Assembly (NCBI GenBank): GCA_947624415.1
Contig: CANQKH010000005.1
Span: forward strand, 17,072-81,071
Reading direction: 5' to 3'
Source of the DNA: an uncultured Clostridia bacterium
Lineage (GTDB): Bacteria; Bacillota; Clostridia; Christensenellales; UBA1242
Length of the DNA: 64,000 bases
Shown: piece by piece, positions 8,221-18,077 of the stretch
How positions within the stretch are numbered: the stretch's first letter is position 1
How the letters are laid out: the number at the start of each line of letters is the position of its first letter
Translations under genes and position numbers: made by a program
Notes under the pieces: model-generated
What the model saw: only the letters and a program-made list of their open reading frames with translations
What the model was told of the DNA's origin: nothing
Database searches by the model: none

Positions 8221-8814
8221 ATGGCTAAACTTTATTTTAAATATGGAACTATGGGAAGTTCAAAAACTGCCCAAGCACTTATGTGCAGATTTAATTATTT
8301 ACAAAAAGGCTTTGAGGTGTATCTTTTCAAACCAGTTGTGGATACTCGAGGCGAAGAAAATGGAATACCACTTGTCAAAAGTCGAATTGGACTTAAAAGT
8401 GAATGCATAGAGTTTGAGAAAAATGACAATTTCTTATATATATGCAAACAATATGACATTTTGCATGAAAGAAGAATAATAATAGTCGATGAAGCACAAT
8501 TTCTTTCGCGTGAACAAGTTGAACAGTTGAAGGAAATTTCACAATCTGTTCCTGTTTTATGCTATGGGCTTTTAACTAATTTTAAAACTGAACTCTTTGA
8601 AGGCAGTAAGCGTCTGGTTGAGATTGCAGACTCATTAAATGAAATAAAATCGGTATGCAAATGTGGAAGAAAGGCCACAATAAATGCAAGAATTGTTAAT
8701 GGGAAAATATGTAAGGATGGTGCTGAAGTCTTAATAGGTGATGAAACATATGAAGGAATGTGTTATAGATGTTTTAAAGAACGTTTAGAAAAAGAAAACA
8801 GGGAGGAAAAATGA
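8221..8814 (+). CDS. tdk: thymidine kinase
   Basis: MAKLYFKYGTMGSSKT, VDEAQF, CYGL, FEGS, CKCG…CYRC. Confidence 0.95.
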   Translation: MAKLYFKYGTMGSSKTAQALMCRFNYLQKGFEVYLFKPVVDTRGEENGIPLVKSRIGLKSECIEFEKNDNFLYICKQYDILHERRIIIVDEAQFLSREQVEQLKEISQSVPVLCYGLLTNFKTELFEGSKRLVEIADSLNEIKSVCKCGRKATINARIVNGKICKDGAEVLIGDETYEGMCYRCFKERLEKENREEK

Positions 8815-11162
8815 AAAAAGATTATTTAGATGAAGAGTATTTGGATTTACTAAACAGATATTTTAGGGCTGCAAACTATCTTTCTGCGGCACAGTTATAT
8901 CTTTTAGATAATCCACTTCTCAAAGAAAAATTAAAGCCCGAACATATAAAAAAGAAAATTGTTGGCCATTGGGGAACTGTGCCGGGGCAAAATTTCATTT
9001 ATACTCACCTTGATAGAGTTATAAATAAATACGATCTTAACATGCTGTTAATTTCAGGACCAGGACATGGTGGCAACTTTTTTATATCAAATTCCTATCT
9101 TGAAGGGGTTTACAGCGAGGTTTATCCTAAAATAAGCCAAGACAAAAAGGGGCTTACACGACTTTGCAAGCAATTTTCCTTTCCTTGTGGGGTAAGTTCT
9201 CACGTAGCACCAGAAACACCAGGCTCAATACATGAGGGGGGCGAACTTGGATATAGTTTGCTTCATGGTTTTGGTGCAGTTTTTGATAATAAAGATCTTA
9301 TTGCGGCTGTTGTAGTTGGTGATGGTGAGGCAGAGACTGGGCCACTTGCAACTTCTTGGCACTCAAATAAATTTTTGAATCCTGTTACCGATGGTGCTGT
9401 TCTTCCAATTTTACATTTGAATGGCTATAAGATAAGCAATCCAACCATTTTATCAAGAATATCTAAAAAAGAATTAAAATCTTTCTTGGTTGGTTGTGGT
9501 TGGGCTCCAATTTTTGTTGAAGGAAGCGATGTAAAATCTATGCACAAAAAGATGGCTCTTGCGATGGATGAATGTATTACAAAAATCAAAGACATTCAAT
9601 CTTCATTTAGAAGTGGAAAAACAACTGAACGACCAATGTGGCCTATGATTGTTCTAAGAGCACCTAAGGGTTGGACGGGACCAAAGGTTGTTGATGGGAA
9701 AAGGATTGAAGGTTCGTTTAGGGCACATCAAGTTCCAATTTCAATGACGGAACAAGGTCATTTGGATTTGCTTGAAACTTGGCTTAAGAGTTATAAACCT
9801 GAAGAACTTTTTGATGATAACTATAAACTTAAAAAGGAAATTGCAGATATATTGCCAAAGGGAGACAAGCGAATTAGTGCAAATCCTCATACAAATTTTG
9901 GAGCGACAAGATTAAAACTTCCACCACTTGCCAAATTTGCTGTTGAAATCGGTGAACATGGCTCTTGCAAAAAACAAGATATGCTTGAACTTGGAAACTA
10001 TATTAAAGAGGTATTTAGGCTTAATAGAGACAGTGCAAACTTTAGAATTTTCAGCCCAGATGAGGCAATGTCAAACAGACTTTATCATATATTTGATGAA
10101 GAAAATCGTGATTTTAATGCAAAAATAGATAAAAATGATGAATTTTTAGCCCAAAATGGAAGAATTATGGATAGTTATCTAAGCGAACACGCTTGCGAAG
10201 GGTGGCTGGAAGGTTATCTTTTGACGGGACGACATGGAACATTTGTAAGTTATGAGGCATTTATAAGAATTGTTGATTCTATGGTTTCACAACACGCAAA
10301 ATGGCTTAAAGTTACAAGGGAATTGAAATGGCGAAAACCACTCCCATCTTTAAATATTTTGCTTACATCAAATGTTTGGCAGCAAGACCATAATGGTTAC
10401 ACACATCAAGAGCCGGGATTTCTTGACCATGTGGCAAATAAAAAATCGGAAATTGCACGAATTTATTTACCACCTGACGCAAATTGTCTTATTTCCTGCT
10501 ATGACCATTGTCAGGCAAGTAAAAATTATGTAAATGTTATAGTTGCATCAAAGCATCCAAGTTGGCAATGGTTAAGTATGGACGATGCAATAAAACATTG
10601 CACTTTGGGACTAAGCGAATGGGAGTGGGCAAGCACTTGCGAAAAAGGGGAAAAGCCTGATATTGTTTTAGCAACAGCGGGCGACACACCAACACTTGAA
10701 GGGCTTGCAACTATAAAGTTAATAAGAGAATATTTGCCAAATTTGAAGGTTAAATTTATAAATGTTGTTGATATTATGAAATTAGAATCAAATGAACTTC
10801 ATCCTCACGGCCTTACGGATGATGAATTTGATGAGTTGTTTACAGTAGATAGGCCAGTTATTTTCAATTTTCATGGTTATCATAAATTTATTCATGAACT
10901 TACAATTACAAGACACAATAAAAATATAACTGTTCATGGTTATAAGGAAGAGGGGACAATAACTACTGCATTTGATATGAGGGTGCAAAACGAAATAGAC
11001 AGATTCCATCTTCTTATTGATATAATTGATAAGTTAGAGTTGAAAGAGGACAAACTGAAAAAAATGCTTGAAGATAAAATAAAACACCATAAGGAATATA
11101 TTGCAGAGTATGGTGTTGATATGCCAGAAATAGAAAATTGGAGATGGCAAAACACAAAATAA
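8811..11162 (+). CDS. xfp: xylulose-5-phosphate/fructose-6-phosphate phosphoketolase
   Basis: GHWGTVPG, SGPGHG, HEGGELGY, GDGEAETGP, QQDHNGYTHQ; ATGA overlap with tdk. Confidence 0.95.
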   Translation: MKKDYLDEEYLDLLNRYFRAANYLSAAQLYLLDNPLLKEKLKPEHIKKKIVGHWGTVPGQNFIYTHLDRVINKYDLNMLLISGPGHGGNFFISNSYLEGVYSEVYPKISQDKKGLTRLCKQFSFPCGVSSHVAPETPGSIHEGGELGYSLLHGFGAVFDNKDLIAAVVVGDGEAETGPLATSWHSNKFLNPVTDGAVLPILHLNGYKISNPTILSRISKKELKSFLVGCGWAPIFVEGSDVKSMHKKMALAMDECITKIKDIQSSFRSGKTTERPMWPMIVLRAPKGWTGPKVVDGKRIEGSFRAHQVPISMTEQGHLDLLETWLKSYKPEELFDDNYKLKKEIADILPKGDKRISANPHTNFGATRLKLPPLAKFAVEIGEHGSCKKQDMLELGNYIKEVFRLNRDSANFRIFSPDEAMSNRLYHIFDEENRDFNAKIDKNDEFLAQNGRIMDSYLSEHACEGWLEGYLLTGRHGTFVSYEAFIRIVDSMVSQHAKWLKVTRELKWRKPLPSLNILLTSNVWQQDHNGYTHQEPGFLDHVANKKSEIARIYLPPDANCLISCYDHCQASKNYVNVIVASKHPSWQWLSMDDAIKHCTLGLSEWEWASTCEKGEKPDIVLATAGDTPTLEGLATIKLIREYLPNLKVKFINVVDIMKLESNELHPHGLTDDEFDELFTVDRPVIFNFHGYHKFIHELTITRHNKNITVHGYKEEGTITTAFDMRVQNEIDRFHLLIDIIDKLELKEDKLKKMLEDKIKHHKEYIAEYGVDMPEIENWRWQNTK

Positions 11163-11228
11163 TCAAATTTTATTGTAAAAATGCCCAAAAATAACCCAAA
11201 AAATATAAAATTATTAACAATTTCAATT

Positions 11229-11267
11229 AAACACCTCAAAAGCGTGATGCCAATTGGGGTGTTTTTT
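11229..11267 (+). terminator. intrinsic terminator after xfp
   Basis: AAACACCTCAA…TTGGGGTGTTT followed by a T tract. Confidence 0.6.
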
Positions 11268-11521
11268 GTTGACCTTTTTAGTATTAATTGACCTTAGAAA
11301 GGTAGTTTTCAAAAATATTATAAATGATATGTAAAAAATGCCAGGAGTTTAATTTTTAATCCTGGCTTTATAAATTTTATTCGTCATAGACGAATTTTAT
11401 ATGTGGCAGACTGAAATGCCTGCCATCACTAAAAATCTTATCAAATATTCCGCAAAAGAAGATAGGGGCTTTCTAATTGCCATAGAATCCTCATGACCAA
11501 AGCAATAAGATTTTTTGTTAA

Positions 11522-11597
11522 TGGTGACCCCGCCGGGACTTGAACCCAGAACAAAGCCTTAGGAGGGCTCCGTAATATCCAGTTTTACTACGAGGTC
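11522..11597 (-). tRNA. tRNA-Arg(CCT)
   Basis: Cloverleaf GACCTCG/CGGGGTC acceptor stem, GTAA/TTAC D stem, GAGCC-CTCCTAA-GGCTT anticodon arm, CTGGG-TTCAAGT-CCCGG T arm, encoded CCA; 76 nt. Confidence 0.95.
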
Positions 11598-11670
11598 ATT
11601 GTAAATTTTGCTAAGATGTGATTGAGTGGCACCAGTTATAGAATAGATTTGTAACTCTACTCATCGATTA

Positions 11671-11699
11671 ATTATAGCATATAAAATTTTTTTTATCAA
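11671..11699 (-). promoter_or_regulatory. sigma-A promoter of tRNA-Arg
   Basis: Minus strand reads TTGATA-17 nt-TATAAT with extended -10 TG. Confidence 0.75.
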
Positions 11700-11810
11700 T
11701 CTTTTTATTAAATTTTATTTTCTTTTCCTTTGATTTATGGTATATTATTTATGCGAGAAATATGTTCATCGCTTTTTGACATATTTAGGCTGTTAAGTTT
11801 AAGGGGATTT

Positions 11811-12959
11811 ATGAATTTTGATGTAATAATTTTGGGTGGCGGTGCGTCAGGATGTATGTGTGCCATGACTATATTGAAAAAAAGTAAAATTCATGTTTTG
11901 ATGATAGATGCAGGCAATAAACCTGCAAAGAAATTAATGGTTACAGGGAATGGAAGATGCAATATTTCAAATAAAAAATGTGTTCCTTCACAAGAGTTTT
12001 ATAATCAAAATATTGATAGATTTTTAAATAAATTTACGCCAGATGAAACGATAAGTTTTTTTCATGACCTTGGTTTAGAGTGTTATGCCGACAACGAAAA
12101 TAGATTTTATCCTATAAGCAACAGTGCAAAATCTGTAGTTGATGTTATAAACAATGAATTAGAAAAATATAAAAATTTTACTTTTTTAACAGATTTTATT
12201 GAAAAAATTGATAAAAAAGGCGATAATTTTGAAATTTTTACCAAAAGCAATCATTTTAACTGCAAAAAATTGGTTGTTGCAATGGGTGGAAAAATTGATA
12301 GTGCCTTAATAAATTTGGATATTGATTGGATTCAAAGCAAAGAAAGTTTGGTTGCAATAAAAACAAATTCCACTCATTTTCTTAATGGGATACGGGTGTC
12401 TCCTGCCAAGATTTCAAATTTAAATGGCGTAGCGTATGAGGGAGAAATATTATTTAAGGAGAGTGGAGTAAGCGGCATTGCTGCATTTAATTTATCGGCT
12501 TGTTTTGCACGCAATAAGAATTTTTCAGGTGATATAGAGATTGATTTGTTGCCACAATATACTGACAATTATTTGTTTGAGTTGTTGTTGAATAGAAAAA
12601 GTCTTGAATGTAGCATTAACAAATTTTTTGATGGGTTGCTAGTTCCTCAACTTGCTTATCATATTTTCAATGGGTGCAATATTGATGAAAATAAAAGTTC
12701 AAGGCAATTAAGCAATGAAGAGATAAATGAGTTTGTGAAAAAAATAAAGCATTTAAAATTAAAAGTCAGGTCATGCTATGATAACAATCAAGTCATTTCG
12801 GGCGGAGTAAATATGAAAACTTTAACTGAGAACTTGGAGAGCAAGAAATATAGAAACTTATATTTCTGTGGTGAGATATGCGATGTTGACGGAATATGTG
12901 GAGGCTATAATCTTCAATGGGCATGGACAAGCGGGCATATAGTTGGAGCGGCAATATGA
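11811..12959 (+). CDS. HI0933/YhiN-family flavoprotein
   Basis: GGGASG, KKLMVTGNGRCNISN, GEICDVDGICGGYNLQWAW; start moved to ATG 11811 after AAGGGG. Confidence 0.9.
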   Translation: MNFDVIILGGGASGCMCAMTILKKSKIHVLMIDAGNKPAKKLMVTGNGRCNISNKKCVPSQEFYNQNIDRFLNKFTPDETISFFHDLGLECYADNENRFYPISNSAKSVVDVINNELEKYKNFTFLTDFIEKIDKKGDNFEIFTKSNHFNCKKLVVAMGGKIDSALINLDIDWIQSKESLVAIKTNSTHFLNGIRVSPAKISNLNGVAYEGEILFKESGVSGIAAFNLSACFARNKNFSGDIEIDLLPQYTDNYLFELLLNRKSLECSINKFFDGLLVPQLAYHIFNGCNIDENKSSRQLSNEEINEFVKKIKHLKLKVRSCYDNNQVISGGVNMKTLTENLESKKYRNLYFCGEICDVDGICGGYNLQWAWTSGHIVGAAI

Positions 12960-14581
12960 TAAAAATAGAGATATGTTTGCCTGTTGGGTTTAAAAATGAG
13001 GACATTTTAGAAAATTGTGCAAAAAAATTAAAAATTTCACAAAAAAACATACAAAATTTTGAAATTATTAAATTATCGGTGGATGCACGCCATAAAAATA
13101 GTATAAAATATCAAGCAAGTATCGCCCTCGAATTAGAGGGGAAATTAGAGGAAAAATACAGAGATTTAAAATTTGAATTAGACCGAAGCCTTTTGATTTA
13201 TAATAAAAAGAGCCTGAGCCTTTCGCCAATTATTGTTGGGTTTGGTCCTAGCGGTATGTTTGCCGGACTAACTCTTGCAAGAATGGGATTAAATCCAATT
13301 ATTTTGGAGCAAGGCGAAAAGGTTGACAAGAGGAAGCAAGACGTAGAGGAGTTTTGGTATAATAGAAAATTAAATCCATATAGCAATGTTCAATTTGGAG
13401 AAGGCGGTGCGGGAACTTTTAGTGATGGGAAATTGAATAGTAATGTAAATAACATATACTGTAAAAAAGTATTAAACGAATTTTATCATTTTGGAGCACC
13501 CAAAGAAATATTGTATTTGTCTAAGCCTCATATAGGTAGCGATAATCTTGCCAAAATTGTTACTTCTATCAGGGAAGAAATTGAGAATTTAGGTGGAAAA
13601 GTGTATTTTTCCACAAAATTCATCGATTTTATTGTAGAAAACAATCAAATTCATGAAATTATTGCCAAAAATGTAAAAAGTAATGAGATTTTGAAATTTC
13701 AAACTAATCATCTTTTACTTTGTCTTGGGCATAGTGCAAGAGATACATTTGAAATGCTGAACAATAAGAATATGAAGATAAGTCAAAAGCCATTTGCGAT
13801 GGGAGTTAGAATTGAACAGAGTCAAAAATTGATAAACATCACACAGTATGGGAAAGATGATGATAGATTGCCAAGTGCAGATTATAAACTTGTTGCACAT
13901 TTGCCTAGTGGAAGAAGTGTGTTTACATTTTGTATGTGCCCAGGCGGTCAGGTTGTGGCATCATCGAGTGGAGATGGCGAAATAGTAACAAATGGCATGA
14001 GCAATTTTGCACGGGATGGTGAAAATGCTAATTCTGCATTGCTTGTTAATGTTGACCCAGAAGATTACAATTCCTCTCATCCTCTTGCAGGAATATATTT
14101 CCAAGCCAAATTTGAAAAACTTGCTTACGAATTGGGTGGTGGTAATTATTGCGCTCCTGCACAAAAGGTGGGTGAGTTTTTAGGAAGGAATGACAGCAAA
14201 GTTATTTCAAATAATTGCAAAAAGGAAGTCTCAGGCGATGAGGTTCAAACACATAAACCTTATAAAGTTGTTCCTACTTATATGCCGGGAATCAAATTTA
14301 CACAAATTGAAAAATGCCTGCCAACTTTTGTTACACAAAGTTTAAGGGAAGCATTGCCTATATTTGATGCAAAACTTAAAGGATTTGCAAGTGATGAAAA
14401 TATTCTTGTTGCAATAGAATCACGAAGCAGTTGTCCAATTACATTGGTTAGAGATGAAAGTTATCAAAGTTCAATAAAGGGAATATATCCTATTGGCGAG
14501 GGAGCTGGATATGCTGGCGGAATAATTTCAAGTGCACAAGATGCTATTAAGGTGTGCGAAAGTATTTATGAGAAAATATAA
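12956..14581 (+). CDS. FAD-dependent oxidoreductase (uncharacterised NAD/FAD-utilising family)
   Basis: GFGPSG, FGEGGAGTFSDGKL, FTFCMCPGG, GEGAGYAGGI; ATGA overlap with the upstream gene. Confidence 0.9.
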   Translation: MIKIEICLPVGFKNEDILENCAKKLKISQKNIQNFEIIKLSVDARHKNSIKYQASIALELEGKLEEKYRDLKFELDRSLLIYNKKSLSLSPIIVGFGPSGMFAGLTLARMGLNPIILEQGEKVDKRKQDVEEFWYNRKLNPYSNVQFGEGGAGTFSDGKLNSNVNNIYCKKVLNEFYHFGAPKEILYLSKPHIGSDNLAKIVTSIREEIENLGGKVYFSTKFIDFIVENNQIHEIIAKNVKSNEILKFQTNHLLLCLGHSARDTFEMLNNKNMKISQKPFAMGVRIEQSQKLINITQYGKDDDRLPSADYKLVAHLPSGRSVFTFCMCPGGQVVASSSGDGEIVTNGMSNFARDGENANSALLVNVDPEDYNSSHPLAGIYFQAKFEKLAYELGGGNYCAPAQKVGEFLGRNDSKVISNNCKKEVSGDEVQTHKPYKVVPTYMPGIKFTQIEKCLPTFVTQSLREALPIFDAKLKGFASDENILVAIESRSSCPITLVRDESYQSSIKGIYPIGEGAGYAGGIISSAQDAIKVCESIYEKI

Positions 14582-14627
14582 ATATTTTTAAAATAAAAAA
14601 AATGGCAAAGGAGATTAATTAAAATAA

Positions 14628-15068
14628 ATGACGATAAAAAATTTGATAAGCGGTGAAAAAATTGATTTAATATTCAAAGCCAAGTTTGGTGCTATGCCAG
14701 AGAAGGGTTATGTGCCAAAAATTGTTTACAATATTGTAATCCATAATACAAATTATATTGTTGGTGAATGTGATGCGAGAATAGGAAACAATGAAAACAC
14801 GTATTGGGGTGGAAATATAGGATATTTTATTAAAGAAGAAGAGAGAGGTCATGGCTATGCACCAGAGGCAGTAAAATTATTGTTGCAAGTGTTTAAAGAT
14901 AACGGAATAAGCGATGTTTATATAACAAATGACATATCAAATCTATCATCAAAAAGAGTTTGTGAGAAGGTTGGTGCAAAATTTATAGGAGTGAGGGAAC
15001 TTCCGCTTGATAATGAAATGCGTAAGTCGGGAGAAACTCACGTAAATATATTTTTGATAAAATTATAA
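14628..15068 (+). CDS. GNAT family N-acetyltransferase
   Basis: GGNIGYFI…ERGHGYA (acetyl-CoA motif A), NLSSKRVCEKVGA. Confidence 0.85.
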   Translation: MTIKNLISGEKIDLIFKAKFGAMPEKGYVPKIVYNIVIHNTNYIVGECDARIGNNENTYWGGNIGYFIKEEERGHGYAPEAVKLLLQVFKDNGISDVYITNDISNLSSKRVCEKVGAKFIGVRELPLDNEMRKSGETHVNIFLIKL

Positions 15069-15094
15069 ATAAATTATTGCAAAAGAGGTAAAAA

Positions 15095-16026
15095 ATGACA
15101 AAAAACTTGTTTTAAACGATTTATGTGTGGAAATTTTACAAAAGTGTCCCAATAAATGTATTTATTGCTCCTCAAACAGCGATTTAACAAAAGAAGATAT
15201 AATTGATTTTGAAACTTTTAAAAATACTATAAACTTTTTGTTGCAGAAATGTGAAATAAATGAGATTTCGCTTAGTGGTGGCGAGCCACTTTTGCATAAA
15301 GACATTTACAAAATGGTTGATTTTTGCAGTAAAAACAAAATAAAAACAACAATTTATACAAGTGGAGTGCTATTTGACGAGAGATTTCATGAAATATACA
15401 AGGAAAACTTTAAATTATTGGAAGAAGGTGGTTTGAATAAAATTGTTTTTGATTTGCAGTCATTGAATGAAAGCACCTACAATGAACTTATGGGAACAGA
15501 GGGGAATCTAGAATTTGTTAAAAAGTCAATTAGCAACGCACAAATGTTTAATTTTTATAAGTCTATACATTTTATTCCTAACAAATTGAATTATAAACAA
15601 TTTGATGAAGTTTATGACTTTGCAAGAAAAAATGCAATAGATGAACTTCGTGTTTTACGATTTGTTCCGCAAGGACGTGGAAGAGATAATGTTGAAAAAT
15701 TATTGTTAAGCGAAGAAAATTTGCAAAAATTTATTAAAAAAATTGAAAATTTTAAGCAAAATCACACAAAAATTAAAATTGGAATACCATTACTTGAAAA
15801 TTCTTCACATATTTGCACGGCGGGGAATGACAAATTGCATATAAGATTTGATGGGCAAATATTGCCATGTCCTGCATTTAAGGATATGATTTTAGACAAT
15901 ATAGAAAACTTTAAAATGATTAATATTTATAAAAATTTAAATGAGATAGAATTAAAGAATGAAATAAACTCAACACCATTATGCCAAAAGTATAACAGGC
16001 ACAAAATGCAAAAAGGAGAAAATTAA
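15095..16026 (+). CDS. radical SAM protein with Twitch/SPASM-like C-terminus; apparent -1 frameshift just after the RBS-linked ATG
   Basis: CPNKCIYC, SLSGGEPLL, YTSG, CTAGNDKLHIRFDGQILPC. The RBS GAGGT and ATG at 15095 are out of frame with the gene body (track start is GTG 15127). Confidence 0.75.
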
Positions 16027-16027
16027 C

Positions 16028-16963
16028 TTGCAAAATATAAAAAATGATGAATTATATGATGAATTTTGGGAATTTGCCTTCAAAAGACAGGAGATTTTTT
16101 ATAATAAGATAAAAAATATATTGCCACTAACAAATGATAAAATATTAATGCAATATAAATTTTGTAATGCGTATAGAGTTCTCGATAGGGTTTCTCAATA
16201 TCTCATACGAGAGGTTATAAATAAAAATTTCAATCCAGAAAACACAATTTTTAGGATAGTTTTGTTTAAGATATTTAATTTGCCAAGCACGTGGGAGGAA
16301 TTGGAACATAATTTTGCACCAATATGTTTAGAATCCTTTGATTTTGACAAGTTTTCCGCTTGTTTGTCAAAATTAAAAGAAAGGCAACCTATTTACAATA
16401 ATGCATATATTTTATGCGCAAATAAGGTGTTTGGATTTCAAAACAAACACGATAATCACTTAAAATTAATTGAAAAAATGTTTATAGATGATGGTGTAGC
16501 GCCGAAAATAATAAATTGCAAAAGTATGGAAGAGGGTTATAACTTATTGTTGAAATATCCACTTATAGGAAGTTTCATGGCATATCAACTTGCGACAGAT
16601 ATAAATTATAGCGATGCTGTAAATTGGAGGGAAAATGAATTTACAGTTGCCGGACCGGGAGCGCAAAGAGGAATAAAGAAGGTATTTGTGCAATTTGATT
16701 CATATGAAAGCGTGATAAAAGAATGTTATGAAAGACAGAGAGAGGAATTTAAAAGGCTAAATTTAGATTTTAAATTCTTGGGAAGAAGAGAACTTCAGTA
16801 TATTGATATACAAAACCTGTTCTGTGAATTTGATAAATATTGCAGGCAGGCACATCCCGAACTGAAAAGCAATCGTGTTCGAATAAAAACAAAATACAAG
16901 CCAAATTTAACAAAAATTGCATATATTTTGCCTAAAAAGTGGGAAATTTCGTTAAATTATTAA
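16028..16963 (+). CDS. alpha-glutamyl/putrescinyl-thymine pyrophosphorylase clade 1 (aGPT-Pplase1)-like protein
   Basis: ILMQYKFCNAYRVLDRVSQYLI, LFKIFN, GSFMAYQLATDINYS, AGPGAQRGI, DIQNLFCEFDKY; TTG start after AGGAG. Confidence 0.8.
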   Translation: MQNIKNDELYDEFWEFAFKRQEIFYNKIKNILPLTNDKILMQYKFCNAYRVLDRVSQYLIREVINKNFNPENTIFRIVLFKIFNLPSTWEELEHNFAPICLESFDFDKFSACLSKLKERQPIYNNAYILCANKVFGFQNKHDNHLKLIEKMFIDDGVAPKIINCKSMEEGYNLLLKYPLIGSFMAYQLATDINYSDAVNWRENEFTVAGPGAQRGIKKVFVQFDSYESVIKECYERQREEFKRLNLDFKFLGRRELQYIDIQNLFCEFDKYCRQAHPELKSNRVRIKTKYKPNLTKIAYILPKKWEISLNY

Positions 16964-17199
16964 AAATTATTTATTAATTTGAAGGGAATATAATAAATAA
17001 ATGCACGTTTATTGTGACTTGCGATTTGTTTAGAAATGAAAGCAAAGGCAATGCCCAGTCAATACAATTTGAGGCGGACATTAAGGGAATTTAGTTTTAA
17101 AGGCAATCACATCTTACATATTATTCTACACATTATCTTAATAATTAATATGCACACATATAAAATAAAAGCAATTTTTTATAACAAAAGGAAAAAAGA

Positions 17200-17994
17200 A
17201 TGTTTGAAATCAAACTGATAAATAAAGGTGAAAAAGAGGTATTTAGGGAGATGTTTGACAAATATCTTCTTGAACTATATAATTATGACAAGCATATAAA
17301 TTTTGATGAAAATGGCAAGCCAATTTACAAATATTTCAATCTTTATTGGGAGGAAAAGGATAGATATCCAATAGGGTTATATATTAATAATCAGTTGGCT
17401 GGATTTATGCTTCTACGAGAAAAAAGTCAAAATTTATTGGAAATAGCCGAGTTTTATATTGCTCCACAATTTAGAAAAAATGGTAATGGGAAAAGTTTTT
17501 TTAATGAAATTTTAGCAACAACAAGTAAAAAATTGTATTTTTTTACTAAAAAAACTAATATTATTGCAAAAAAGTTTTGGGATTGTGTTGTTAAGGGGCA
17601 ATATTTTTGGAATGGCGAGAAGGTGGAGGATTTTGCTTGGCTTGTCAGTAAATCGCCAATAATTTCACATGATCTTAGCATAAATGAAGAATACTTTGAA
17701 AAAATCAGGCGTGGAGAAAAAATATATGAAGGCAGGCTGTTAGATGAAAGAAGAAGGAATTTTAACGAAGGGGATATTATAAAGTTTATTAGTGGTGAAA
17801 AATTTTTCTATGCTTTAATAGAAGAAAGAAAACTCTTTAAAAATTTTGAGGAAATGGCAGAAACGATTGACAAGGCCGAATTGGGATTTAATGAAAAGAG
17901 CAAGGAGGAGATGATTAAAACATATCGAAGTTTTTACACAATGGAAGATGAATTTAAGTATGGAGTTGTGATTTTTAAAGTTTTTTTACTTTAA
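17200..17994 (+). CDS. GNAT acetyltransferase fused to an ASCH domain
   Basis: N-terminal EIAEFYIAPQFRKNGNGK…NIIAKKFW; C-terminal YFEKIRRGEKIYEGR (GxKxxExR) …GDIIKF…YGVV. Confidence 0.8.
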   Translation: MFEIKLINKGEKEVFREMFDKYLLELYNYDKHINFDENGKPIYKYFNLYWEEKDRYPIGLYINNQLAGFMLLREKSQNLLEIAEFYIAPQFRKNGNGKSFFNEILATTSKKLYFFTKKTNIIAKKFWDCVVKGQYFWNGEKVEDFAWLVSKSPIISHDLSINEEYFEKIRRGEKIYEGRLLDERRRNFNEGDIIKFISGEKFFYALIEERKLFKNFEEMAETIDKAELGFNEKSKEEMIKTYRSFYTMEDEFKYGVVIFKVFLL

Positions 17995-18077
17995 TTTTGA
18001 AGTTTTTTTAATTTTTCGTTGTTTTTTATTGATTTTTTATATATTTTTAATCAAATTATTGAAATTAAGGAGGAATT

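Noticed and set aside
11522-11597. tRNA-Arg as attachment site of an integrated element
   Set aside because: No integrase and no duplicated tRNA 3' end seen in the window; the flanking genes are housekeeping.
17036-17218. 60-aa ORF from the track
   Set aside because: No RBS, odd composition (HILHIILHII derives from a DNA repeat), and it overlaps a predicted RNA hairpin.
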